Positions 28,471-37,747 of a stretch of 64,000 bases of DNA are shown in pieces. The notes under the pieces were generated by a model. It had not been told where the DNA came from and searched no databases. It saw only the letters and a program-made list of their open reading frames with translations. Position 1 is the stretch's first letter. Every line of letters begins with the position of its first letter. The stretch comes from Spirulina sp. (GTDB lineage: Bacteria > Cyanobacteriota > Cyanobacteriia > Phormidesmidales > Phormidesmidaceae), in contig JBIPSI010000016.1 of assembly GCA_044070495.1 (NCBI GenBank), forward strand, positions 64,001 to 128,000, written 5' to 3'. The translations under genes and the position numbers were made by a program.

Positions 28471-30837
28471 ATGGAACAGCGCCTGTTGCTCAATCTGGGC
28501 CAGGGCGATTGGCACACCGGCTTTGCCAGCGTCACGGCTCAGCTTTGGGAAAATGAGCAGCCGCCCATGCAGTTTGTCGGCAGTTTGCCGCCGATGCCCC
28601 AGCTAGCGGCCCAGTACCAGCGCTGGCAGCAGCTTTACGAGGCTATCTACGGCAGCCAGAGCCGCTGGCGACGGTCGGCATCGCCCTTTGAGTTTGAAGC
28701 GGGGGCGCTCACCCATGTGTCGCACCAGGAGTTTGCCACCCTCTGCACCACCCTGCACACCGATCTAAACCAGTGGCTGATGGCGGCCACCTTTGCCCCC
28801 ATCGAGCGCCGCCTGCGCACGCACCTTTCGGCCCATGCCAACCTTCAGGTCATGCTCACCGCCCACGCCAAAGCGGTGCTGCGGTTCCCCTGGCGTCTGT
28901 GGCACTTGTTTGACGACTATCCCAATGCCGAACTCTCGTTGAGTCTGCCTGACTACGGACGCGCCCTGAAGCAGAGTCAGGGCAATTCCACAGGAACGGT
29001 CAGAATTTTGGCGGTGCTGGGCACAGACACCGGTATTGATATCGAAACCGATCGGCGGATTTTGAGCCAGTTACCCGACGCTGAGGTAACGCTGCTGGCT
29101 CAGCCCAACCTGAGGGAATTGCAGCATCAACTCTGGGAGTCCAGCTGGGATATTTTGTTTTTTGCGGGACACAGCAGCAGCCAGGGAAAGGGGCATCTCC
29201 AGGTCAACCCCACTGAATCACTAACCATTGAGCAGCTCAAATACGCCCTGCAACGCACCATCACTAATGGCTTACAGCTAGCGATTTTGAACTCCTGCGA
29301 CGGGCTGGGGCTGGCCTGGGATCTGGCGGATCTGCACCTGCCCCAAACCATCGTGATGCGGGAGCCGGTACCCGATGCAATCGCCCACCAGTTTCTCAAG
29401 GGGTTTTTGGCCCGGTTTGCCAGCGGTCAGCCCCTCTACAGCGCCGTGCGCGACGCCCGCGAACGGCTCCACGGCCTAAGCGAGCTGGGGATCTGCGCCG
29501 CCTGGCTGCCCGTGATTGTGCAAAACCCGGCGGAGGTGCCCCCCACCTGGCCACAGTTGGCGGGGCAACCCCAGGCGCAACCCACGCCCCCGGCGATGAC
29601 GCGGTTTCGGCCAAATCCGGCCCAGCGGCGGGTGGGCCTGGGCTGTCTGGCGATGGCCGCCACGGTTTTGGCCCTGCGCTGGTTCGGCTTCCTGCAACCG
29701 GCGGAGCTGTGGGCCTACGATGCCCTGCTGCGATCGCGCCCCCCAGAAACGCCGGACTCTCGCCTGCTGCTGGTGACGGTGGACGAGAGCGATATCCAGG
29801 CCCAAGCGGGGTTAGAACGGCGGGGTTCGGTAGCCGATGAGACCCTGCTCCAGACGCTGACCCTGCTGATGGAGGGGGAACCCCGCCTGATTGGCCTCGA
29901 TCTGTACCGCGACTTTTCGGCCAGCGATCCGGCCCTGGTTGAAGCCCTGGGGCAGCCCCATCTGGTGGGGCTGTGCAAAAGCCGGGATGCGATCGCAGGC
30001 TCGGTTGGCATCAGCCCGCCGCCAGAACTGCCCGCCACCCAGGTCGGCTTCAGTGACTTTATTGAAGAGGCCGATGGCCGGGTGCGGCGGCAACTGCTGA
30101 CCCTGACCCCCGACCCGGCTTCGCCCTGCACCTCGCCCTACGGCTTTGGGGCGCTGATCGCGATTCGCTACCTGCAAGCCACCGGGCTGCAACCCCGGTT
30201 TACCGCCCAGGGCGATTTGCAGATCGGGGAGGTGGTCTTGCCCCGGTTGACCAACCGCACTGGCGGACTGCAACGGATGGACAGCGGCGGCAATCAGATC
30301 CTGCTCAACTACCGCGCCCTGCCTACCCCCGACCAGATCGCAGCGACGGTTTCCCTCCAGCAGCTTTTGAATGGGCAGGTGAATTTGGAACGGCTGCGTG
30401 ATCGCATTGTCTTAATCGGCGTCACGGCCCCCAGTGGCGGCGATTACTGGTCTACCCCCTACGGCAGCCAGGGGCAGGCCCGAACGGCAGGCGTGTTTAT
30501 GCAGGCCCAGATGATCAGCCAGATCGTCAGCGCCGTGGAGGACGGGCGGCCCCTGATCTGGGTCTGGCCCCAGTGGGCCGAGGCGCTGTGTATTGCGGTG
30601 GGGGCGATTGCCGGTAGTCTGCTGGCCTGGCGCTGGCGATCAGCCCGGCTAGCTCTAGCCTGTGCGCTAACCACGAGTGCGCTGACTGTAGTCGCCTGGG
30701 CCACTCTATTCACAGGCGGATGGCTGCCGCTGTTGCCCACCCTGGTAGCCCTGAACAGTAGCGCGTTATTAACCGCTACCCTAACCCGCCCATCAGACCG
30801 ATATCTCCCTCTGAAATCAGCCGATGGGGGGCCGTAG
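28471..30837 (+). CDS. CHAT (caspase-like) + CHASE2 membrane sensor
   Basis: CHAT dyad FFAGHS ... LAILNSCDG, then a TM, CHASE2 (AYDALLRSRP, IGLDLYRD, DGRVRRQLL, RIVLIG, GVFMQAQM) and three C-terminal TMs. Confidence 0.9.
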   Translation: MEQRLLLNLGQGDWHTGFASVTAQLWENEQPPMQFVGSLPPMPQLAAQYQRWQQLYEAIYGSQSRWRRSASPFEFEAGALTHVSHQEFATLCTTLHTDLNQWLMAATFAPIERRLRTHLSAHANLQVMLTAHAKAVLRFPWRLWHLFDDYPNAELSLSLPDYGRALKQSQGNSTGTVRILAVLGTDTGIDIETDRRILSQLPDAEVTLLAQPNLRELQHQLWESSWDILFFAGHSSSQGKGHLQVNPTESLTIEQLKYALQRTITNGLQLAILNSCDGLGLAWDLADLHLPQTIVMREPVPDAIAHQFLKGFLARFASGQPLYSAVRDARERLHGLSELGICAAWLPVIVQNPAEVPPTWPQLAGQPQAQPTPPAMTRFRPNPAQRRVGLGCLAMAATVLALRWFGFLQPAELWAYDALLRSRPPETPDSRLLLVTVDESDIQAQAGLERRGSVADETLLQTLTLLMEGEPRLIGLDLYRDFSASDPALVEALGQPHLVGLCKSRDAIAGSVGISPPPELPATQVGFSDFIEEADGRVRRQLLTLTPDPASPCTSPYGFGALIAIRYLQATGLQPRFTAQGDLQIGEVVLPRLTNRTGGLQRMDSGGNQILLNYRALPTPDQIAATVSLQQLLNGQVNLERLRDRIVLIGVTAPSGGDYWSTPYGSQGQARTAGVFMQAQMISQIVSAVEDGRPLIWVWPQWAEALCIAVGAIAGSLLAWRWRSARLALACALTTSALTVVAWATLFTGGWLPLLPTLVALNSSALLTATLTRPSDRYLPLKSADGGP

Positions 30838-30925
30838 TCAGGGCTTACCCCCTCATCGAAACGTTACAAAATTGACAATCTCTGGCCCCCTTCCCCCATA
30901 CTTTGGAGGATAAATCCCTAGGAGC

Positions 30926-31663
30926 ATGACCATGAGACGTGCTGTGATGCGATCGTCCCTATCCGCCGCCATCTCCCTGGGGGTAGCTGCTGCCCTGGGA
31001 TGGCCCCTGGTGCCTGTGGCCCAGGCCGTGCCTACCCCACCCGACCAGGGCGCACCCAGCGGACGGCAGCGAGGTGGAGCTTCTCGCGGTGACTGTATGG
31101 CCTATCAAGGCTTGACCGCGCTGGTGCCCGTAGTGGATGGCAGCGTCTGGAGTCAGACCCATAGCCCCACCCCCGACTTCTTCTTTTACATTCCGCAATC
31201 CCTCACCGCAGACGTTCCCCTAGAGATGGTGGTGCAGGATAGCGACGATAACTACGTCTTCCGCAAGCAGTTCTCCGTCGATGCCGCCGCTGGCATTCTC
31301 ACGGTTCCGGTTAGCCCTGCCGAGACTGAACTGACCCCCGGCGAAAGCTACTCCTGGACCTTTTCAATCTACTGCGATGCAGCTCGTCCGTCGGCCTCGG
31401 TTGCTGTGTTTGGCACGGTTACTCGAGTGGCGGCTGGGACAATGCCTGAAGCAGGTCACCCCCTTACCCCGGCGCAACAGCTTGACCTGGCCAAGCAGTA
31501 TGCCGCTGCCGGGATCTGGCACGAAGCATTGGGGCTGACCCTGGCGCTGCATCAGGCCGACCCAGACAATGCCGAATACCTCGAAGCGTTGGATGCGCTG
31601 CTTCAACAGGCTGGACTGGCGGACTTATCGCCTGCTGTGTCGGTGAGTGAGGTGCCTGAGTGA
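30926..31663 (+). CDS. DUF928 domain protein
   Basis: Signal peptide, GGASRGDC, LTALVP, FFFYIP, YSWTFSIYC, YAAAGIWHEAL. Confidence 0.88.
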   Translation: MTMRRAVMRSSLSAAISLGVAAALGWPLVPVAQAVPTPPDQGAPSGRQRGGASRGDCMAYQGLTALVPVVDGSVWSQTHSPTPDFFFYIPQSLTADVPLEMVVQDSDDNYVFRKQFSVDAAAGILTVPVSPAETELTPGESYSWTFSIYCDAARPSASVAVFGTVTRVAAGTMPEAGHPLTPAQQLDLAKQYAAAGIWHEALGLTLALHQADPDNAEYLEALDALLQQAGLADLSPAVSVSEVPE

Positions 31664-31711
31664 TGGGGGCGGGGTGGTAGTGGGATGGTGGGGTAGTGAG
31701 ATGGTGGGAAG

Positions 31712-34678
31712 ATGGGGAGTTATGAAACCGGTGTAATTCGTGCTCGTTGGCCTTTGGCCGCAGGAGCTGCACTTTTGGGCATGGTTGGCAGCCCCTTTCT
31801 GGTGCAGGCGCAGGTGATCCCAGATGCCACCCTACCGTCAGAAAACTCTATCGTCACCACCGATGGCACGACCTCTCAAATCACGGGTGGGGCCATTCGG
31901 GGCGGCAACCTGTTCCACAGTTTTGAGCAGTTTTCGGTGCCCTTGGGCGATACCGTTGTCTTTGCCAACGGGGACAGCTTTGCCAACATCATCAACCGCG
32001 TCACCGGGGGGACGCTTTCGGATCTCCAGGGGACGATCCAGGCGGGCGGTAACGCCAATGTATTCCTGATCAACCCCGCAGGTATTGTGTTTGGCCCCAA
32101 TGCCCGGTTGGAGATAGGCGGCTCTTTCTTCGCCAGCACGGGGGAAGGGCTGCGGTTTGAGACTGGGTTTGTGTACGATGTCGCTGGCGCTGAGGCCCCG
32201 CCGCTGCTGACCATCAGTGCGCCCATCGGTCTCCGCTTGGGCAATGTTTCAGGGGGCAATGCCCCAGGGGATGTAGTGGTGGCTGGGGCAGACCTCTCCA
32301 TGGCTGAGGGCCAAACCCTGGCCTTGATTGGAGGGAATATCTCCCTGACGGGAGCGCAGCTCACTACCCCTGGAGGCCGCATTGAAGTTGGCAGCGTACA
32401 GGCAGGCCAGGAGCTAGGACTCGCCCCTGACGGGCTAGGGTTTGATGTGGGCTTCGACGGCGTGAATAACTTTGGCGATATTCAACTTTCTAATCGGTCG
32501 GTCTTGAATGCCAGCGGCGCAGGCGGGGGGGCGATCGCACTTCACGGCAATACAGTCACCCTATCCGGTCAGTCAGCCATTATTTCCGATACCCTGGGCG
32601 ATCAGGATGGTCGCGGTGTGCAAATTACTGCCGACAGTCTTCAACTCTTGGATAGCTCCTACATCGGGGCAGCGAGCCTAGGGCGCGGAGCCTCTAGCAG
32701 CATCGATATCACGGCAAACGATATCGTAATGGTCGGCACTGGCATCGCCAACTACAAACTTGTTGAGTTCAGTACCTTTTTAGGAGCCAGGCAGATTAGC
32801 GATCGCCAAATTGGTGGCATTTCTACAACCACCGTTGCGTCGGGCCGAACCGGAAACATCTCCTTAAATGCTCAAAACATATTGATGGATGAAGGGGTGT
32901 TGCTGTCTACCGAGTCATTTGGCACGGGCGACAGCGGTGATATTAATATTACTGCCACCGAATCGCTCCGCCTAAGAGGGTCAGGTGTTGTGTCGGGTAG
33001 TCAAGTGTCTGGAATACCCCTAGTCACTCCCGGTGGTATTCCCACTGGATTATCCACTAGTAACATTCCAGCAGGTGAGGGTGGACGTATTGCGATCAAT
33101 ACAGCCCAGCTAGCTGTAGAAGATGGTAGTGCAATTGCAGCTATGACCCAAAGCGATCAACGTTCGGGAGATGTTGTTATCAGCGTCTCAGATTCAATCA
33201 CGTTAAGGGGCTTTTTTGCCCCTTTCTTCCTTCCAACATCAGTCACGACTATTACGATTGGTGGTAACGGGACAGCCGGAAATTTGCAAATTGAAACAGG
33301 TCGTTTAATTGTTCAAGATAGCTCAGCCATCTATGCCGACTCGGGTAGTCGAGGCATAGATGGCAACGTTACTTTTGGTGGAATAGCTGGTGATATATCT
33401 ATCGTTGCCACTAATTCAGTTGATATTGTCGGCAATCGAACTGTTGTGGCTGGATTAGCAGCTAGTGGTGTGCGATCAAGAACCTTTTCTGATTCACCCG
33501 CAGGCACCATCCAGATCACCACACCAATCCTGAATGTTCGTGACGGCGGTCTCATTAGCAGTGCTACGTTGAATGACGGAGCAGGCGGTGCAATCAACAT
33601 TGATGCCCAGACAGTTGTTGTGTCAGGGGATAGGAATCGCCCCACCGAAACCTTCAGCAGTATTGGTGCCAGTTCAGGTATTGAGCGGCAGACAGCGTTT
33701 ACCACCGGAGCGATTGAGTCTTTGCCCGCTGCTGGATCTGGGGGAAGCATCACCATCAATGCGACGAATCTAGCCTTACAAGGTGCCGCTGAAATATCTG
33801 TGGGGAGTTTTGGGTCAGGCACTGCTGGCAACCTTGACATTACAGCTAATACCGTTCGTCTAAATGATGGCGGCAGTCTAACTGCAACAACGACCTCCGG
33901 TGGAGGGGGCAATATTGCTCTGACATCCCAGACCCTGGCTCTTGACGGCAGCCACATCACCGCCAGTTCGGATAGCGGCGATGGCGGCAACCTGGCTTTT
34001 CATCTTCAGGATTTTCTACTGCTGAGAAACGGTAGTTTAATCTCTACTGAAGCGGGGACAGATGGGGCTGGGGGCAACGGCGGCGACATTGCCCTCAACC
34101 TGCCCACTGGCTTTCTCGTTGCCGTACCCACGGAAAATAGCGACATTCGCGCCAATGCCTTTGAGGGGGATGGCGGCAGCGTCACCATCACCGCCCGCAG
34201 TCTGCTGGGGATCGAATTTCGTCCTGACGTGATCGATACGCCCCTCAGCGACATTACCGCCAGCTCCCGTTTTGGCAACAGCGGCACGGTCACCATTGAC
34301 GAACTGGCCCCAGATATCGCCCAGGACGATGTGGCCCTTCCGACTGAAACAGCGCCAACAGAACTGGCCCAGGGCTGTCGGGGGCAGGGGGCACAGGCGG
34401 GTAGCTTCGTAGTTACCGGGCGTGGCGGTCTGCCCACCAACCCGGCTGATTCGCTCAGCGCCGATTCCGTTTGGCAAGATTTGGCTCCCATTCCGCTGAC
34501 TGAGGACGGTGCGGAGCCATCTTCTGAGGCCCCCGATCCTGAACCCATGGTTGCGGCTACCCCCATAGTCGAAGCCCAAAGCTGGACTAGGGCTGAGGAT
34601 GGCACAGTAATGCTCCTGGCGGATGCCACCGCTGCGCCAGATCACTTTGTGTCAAGAGTGAATTGTGCGGGTAATTGA
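31712..34678 (+). CDS. Filamentous haemagglutinin-like TpsA protein
   Basis: AQVIPDATL, NLFHSFEQFSV, NIINRVTGG, LINPAGIVFGPNA, GGxIxI beta-helix repeats, FVVTGRGGLP, IVEAQSW. Confidence 0.92.
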   Translation: MGSYETGVIRARWPLAAGAALLGMVGSPFLVQAQVIPDATLPSENSIVTTDGTTSQITGGAIRGGNLFHSFEQFSVPLGDTVVFANGDSFANIINRVTGGTLSDLQGTIQAGGNANVFLINPAGIVFGPNARLEIGGSFFASTGEGLRFETGFVYDVAGAEAPPLLTISAPIGLRLGNVSGGNAPGDVVVAGADLSMAEGQTLALIGGNISLTGAQLTTPGGRIEVGSVQAGQELGLAPDGLGFDVGFDGVNNFGDIQLSNRSVLNASGAGGGAIALHGNTVTLSGQSAIISDTLGDQDGRGVQITADSLQLLDSSYIGAASLGRGASSSIDITANDIVMVGTGIANYKLVEFSTFLGARQISDRQIGGISTTTVASGRTGNISLNAQNILMDEGVLLSTESFGTGDSGDINITATESLRLRGSGVVSGSQVSGIPLVTPGGIPTGLSTSNIPAGEGGRIAINTAQLAVEDGSAIAAMTQSDQRSGDVVISVSDSITLRGFFAPFFLPTSVTTITIGGNGTAGNLQIETGRLIVQDSSAIYADSGSRGIDGNVTFGGIAGDISIVATNSVDIVGNRTVVAGLAASGVRSRTFSDSPAGTIQITTPILNVRDGGLISSATLNDGAGGAINIDAQTVVVSGDRNRPTETFSSIGASSGIERQTAFTTGAIESLPAAGSGGSITINATNLALQGAAEISVGSFGSGTAGNLDITANTVRLNDGGSLTATTTSGGGGNIALTSQTLALDGSHITASSDSGDGGNLAFHLQDFLLLRNGSLISTEAGTDGAGGNGGDIALNLPTGFLVAVPTENSDIRANAFEGDGGSVTITARSLLGIEFRPDVIDTPLSDITASSRFGNSGTVTIDELAPDIAQDDVALPTETAPTELAQGCRGQGAQAGSFVVTGRGGLPTNPADSLSADSVWQDLAPIPLTEDGAEPSSEAPDPEPMVAATPIVEAQSWTRAEDGTVMLLADATAAPDHFVSRVNCAGN

Positions 34679-34694
34679 GCGAGGACAGGGGTGA

Positions 34695-34922
34695 CTATGC
34701 CAAAGTGCCAAGCCACGGAACGACCTCATCATCAGGACGCCCCACCACCATGGCAGCGACATCAGTGACCTTGTAGACCCACCCATCCATGACTACCTGG
34801 TAGTTCGGTAGAACCTGGGGAGTCAGGGCTCTGGCCATTTCTGCCACCAGCTGATTGTGAAAGTCTGCCCCGTAGTCAGGCGGCTCCAAATACGGATTGG
34901 CTCATGGGAAAGGGTTGCTCAT
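34695..34922 (-). pseudogene. DUF4058-family fragment
   Basis: Frameshifted MSNPFP.../NPYLEPPDYGADFHNQLVAEMARALTPQVLPNY. Confidence 0.6.
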
Positions 34923-35046
34923 GGCACGAAAGATCACCGAGGCATCTTGCTGAGATTCTAGCCCCTGACCCTGGAAAGCGGGCCTTGGTCAACCTCACAG
35001 GGGGTGATCCGGTCGGATTCGGTTTCAAAAGCATCGAAAAATTTTC

Positions 35047-35093
35047 TCAAAGTCAGGGCTGAGCCCTGCATACTTCGTTCCGATCCGCCGTAT
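35047..35093 (+). promoter_or_regulatory. Putative alternative-sigma promoter, copy 1
   Basis: tcaaagtcagggctgagccc TGCATACT (35067) N13 CCGTAT (35088). Confidence 0.7.
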
Positions 35094-35150
35094 ACGCCTT
35101 TAATCAGCGGTATCCGTTGGGAGAAAAGCGACGGCCTGAGGGGGCTACTT

Positions 35151-35276
35151 GGTTGACTGACAAAAGATCCTGCGCCGGACGCGGAAACCGTGCCCCTACA
35201 GGATTTGGATAATGTAGGGGTCAGGTCTCCTGACCCTTTGGCGGATTTGGGTTCTCGCAAGTTTTGTCAGTCAACC
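35151..35276. mobile_element. MITE-like/REP-doublet dispersed repeat, copy 1
   Basis: TIR ggttgactgacaaaa/ttttgtcagtcaacc with internal cccctac...gtagggg; homologous to 56830-56955. Confidence 0.75.
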
Positions 35277-35400
35277 AGGGGGGCTACTGGCCCTGGTGAC
35301 AGTCAAAAGTCAGCCCAGAGGCGATCGCACCTCTACTTTCAAGACAATCAACAGGAGTTAGAAACGGTGAACCTGAACGGATGTTGGAGTTGACGTCACT

Positions 35401-36960
35401 GTGAAACGCTATCTAGCTCATCTGTTTCAAATTTCAGTTAATCGTCCGGTTACGACCGTTATGGTTGCGATTTTTTTGACGCTGTCACTGTTTTTACCTC
35501 TGGGTTGGAGCGCCTGGAATGCGTACCAAACCTTTAGCCGCGTCATCGTCAATGACTTTCGCCTGCAATATCTGGTGGGTTCAATTATTCACCTGGATGA
35601 AGTGCTCACCATGTCAGCTCGGATGAACGCTGCTACGGGCGATACCCGCTGGGAAGGGCGCTACAACGACTTTGAACCGCAATTGGATGCTGTGATCAAA
35701 GAAGCAATCGCGATCGCCCCAGACACCTACGAAGGGGAAGGCGCTGCGCAAACCGACATTGCTAACCAAAAGCTGGTCGCCATGGAAGTGCAGTCGTTTG
35801 AACTGGTGCGCAACGGGCAGCAGGCAGCGGCAGCCGATTTACTGTTTAGTGCCAATTATGAACAGCAAAAAGTGATCTACGCCGAGGGCATTCAGCGGGG
35901 ACTCGACGCCACCCAGGAGCGAATTCGCGAGAACCAGAAAAATTTTGCTCAGCAGCTAATTCTTGCCAGTGCGATCGCCGCCTTCAGCCTGCTAATTCTG
36001 CTGCCAATCTGGTGGGTAGTCTTGCAGGTCTTGCAGCGCTACCTAGACGCTCGTAACACCGCAGAACATGCCCTCCACGCCGCCAAAGATCAGCTAGAAG
36101 CTGTCTTAGACGCCGTACCCGGCCCCATCTCTTGGATTGATGCGGGCGGCGTTTATATTGGCGTCAATCGGTACCTAGCCAACAGCTGGAGCATGGCCCA
36201 GGGAGCATTTATTGGGCGCAGCGTTAACTCCCTCAACGGCAATGCCCAACTGGCCCAGTTTTTGCAGGAGTTCCTCACAAACTCCCGTAAATCGGACTCC
36301 CGCACCATCGAAGTCGAAATTAAAGGCGTACTCCGCTACTTTCTCGTCGCGGTGCAAAAGTATCAGCGGGGTACAGCGGCGGTTTCGGTGGGCATTGATA
36401 TCACCGAGCGCAAACAGGCCGAAGAAGCCCTACGTGTCGCCGAAGAAAACTATCGCAGCATCTTTGAAAATGCCCTCGAAGGAATTTTTCAATCCTCCCC
36501 AGAGGGCTACTTCATCAGGGTTAATCCAGCCCTGGCAAAGATTTACGGCTATGACTCACCCCACGACATGATCAAAAGCATTACCAATATTTCAAAACAG
36601 CTCTATGTGGATGCAGAAAGACGGGCAGAATTCATCACCGCGATTGAAAAATATGGCACCGTCAAAGATTTTGAATACCGTGGCTACTGTAAAAATGGCC
36701 GCATTATCTGGACTCAAATTGATGCCCGTGCGGTTACCGATGGTAATGGCAAAGTGATCTACTACGAAGGTATTGTGCAGGACATAACTGAACGCAAGCA
36801 GCAAGAAGAGTCCTGGAAGCGGCAGTTGCAGGAATTACAAATCGAAATTGACCATAAGCAGCGGGCGCGTCAAGTCGCTGAAATCAGCTCAACGGACTAT
36901 TTTCAACAGTTGATGGCCGAAGCCGATGATTTAAGAAATTTTGATAATGAGTGGAGTTGA
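35401..36960 (+). CDS. Membrane sensor with two PAS domains and no catalytic output domain
   Basis: TM - periplasmic helical domain (IIHLDEVLTMSARM) - TM - PAS (DITERK) - PAS (DITERK) - tail LQIEIDHKQRARQVAEISSTDYFQQL. Confidence 0.82.
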   Translation: MKRYLAHLFQISVNRPVTTVMVAIFLTLSLFLPLGWSAWNAYQTFSRVIVNDFRLQYLVGSIIHLDEVLTMSARMNAATGDTRWEGRYNDFEPQLDAVIKEAIAIAPDTYEGEGAAQTDIANQKLVAMEVQSFELVRNGQQAAAADLLFSANYEQQKVIYAEGIQRGLDATQERIRENQKNFAQQLILASAIAAFSLLILLPIWWVVLQVLQRYLDARNTAEHALHAAKDQLEAVLDAVPGPISWIDAGGVYIGVNRYLANSWSMAQGAFIGRSVNSLNGNAQLAQFLQEFLTNSRKSDSRTIEVEIKGVLRYFLVAVQKYQRGTAAVSVGIDITERKQAEEALRVAEENYRSIFENALEGIFQSSPEGYFIRVNPALAKIYGYDSPHDMIKSITNISKQLYVDAERRAEFITAIEKYGTVKDFEYRGYCKNGRIIWTQIDARAVTDGNGKVIYYEGIVQDITERKQQEESWKRQLQELQIEIDHKQRARQVAEISSTDYFQQLMAEADDLRNFDNEWS

Positions 36961-36963
36961 CCC

Positions 36964-37722
36964 ATGGCCGAAGTTGTATTGGTTCATTCCTTTCGCGGTG
37001 GCACCGGAAAATCTAACACCACCGCCAATTTGGCGACCACAATCGCCCGCACGGGCAAACGGGTGGCGGTGATCGACACTGATATTCAATCCCCTGGTAT
37101 TCACGTGTTGTTTAGCATGGAACAGGTCGATTCCCAAATCACGCTTAACCAATATTTGTGGGGCAACTGTTCTGTAGAGGAGGTCGCCCATGATGTCAGC
37201 CCCGATGAGGTGAAACAGAACGGCGGGCAGGTATTTTTAGTGCCATCGAGTAGCGATGCGGGCGACATCACCCGAATTTTGCACGAAGGGTATGACGTGC
37301 GTCTGTTAAAAAAAGGCTTTGCCAGCCTGATCAAAACGCTCACCCTGGACTATGTTTTTGTAGATAGCCATCCAGGATTGAACGAAGAAACCCTGCTGTG
37401 CATCGCGGTTGCCAACACGCTGATCGTGATTTTGCGCCCCGACCGTCAAGACTTTCAGGGTACTGCCGTGATGGTCGATTTGGCCCAAAAGCTCAAGGTG
37501 CCCAGAATTTTGATGGTGGTGAATCGGGTGATGCAAAATTCTGACCCCGAGATGGTGCGCCAACAACTTCAAGCCAAATATGAGGTGCCCGTCGTCGGGG
37601 TGTTGCCCAACTGCGACGAGATGATGCAGCTCGCCAGCAGCGATTTGTTTTCGCTGCGATATCCGGATCATCCCCTGACCCAGATTTACCACCAGGTGGC
37701 CGATAAGGTTATGACCACCTAA
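36964..37722 (+). CDS. MinD/ParA family ATPase
   Basis: HSFRGGTGKS, IDTDIQSPG, VDSHPG, RPDRQDFQGT. Confidence 0.9.
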   Translation: MAEVVLVHSFRGGTGKSNTTANLATTIARTGKRVAVIDTDIQSPGIHVLFSMEQVDSQITLNQYLWGNCSVEEVAHDVSPDEVKQNGGQVFLVPSSSDAGDITRILHEGYDVRLLKKGFASLIKTLTLDYVFVDSHPGLNEETLLCIAVANTLIVILRPDRQDFQGTAVMVDLAQKLKVPRILMVVNRVMQNSDPEMVRQQLQAKYEVPVVGVLPNCDEMMQLASSDLFSLRYPDHPLTQIYHQVADKVMTT

Positions 37723-37747
37723 GCCCTTTCGTAATACTGGCTCAGCC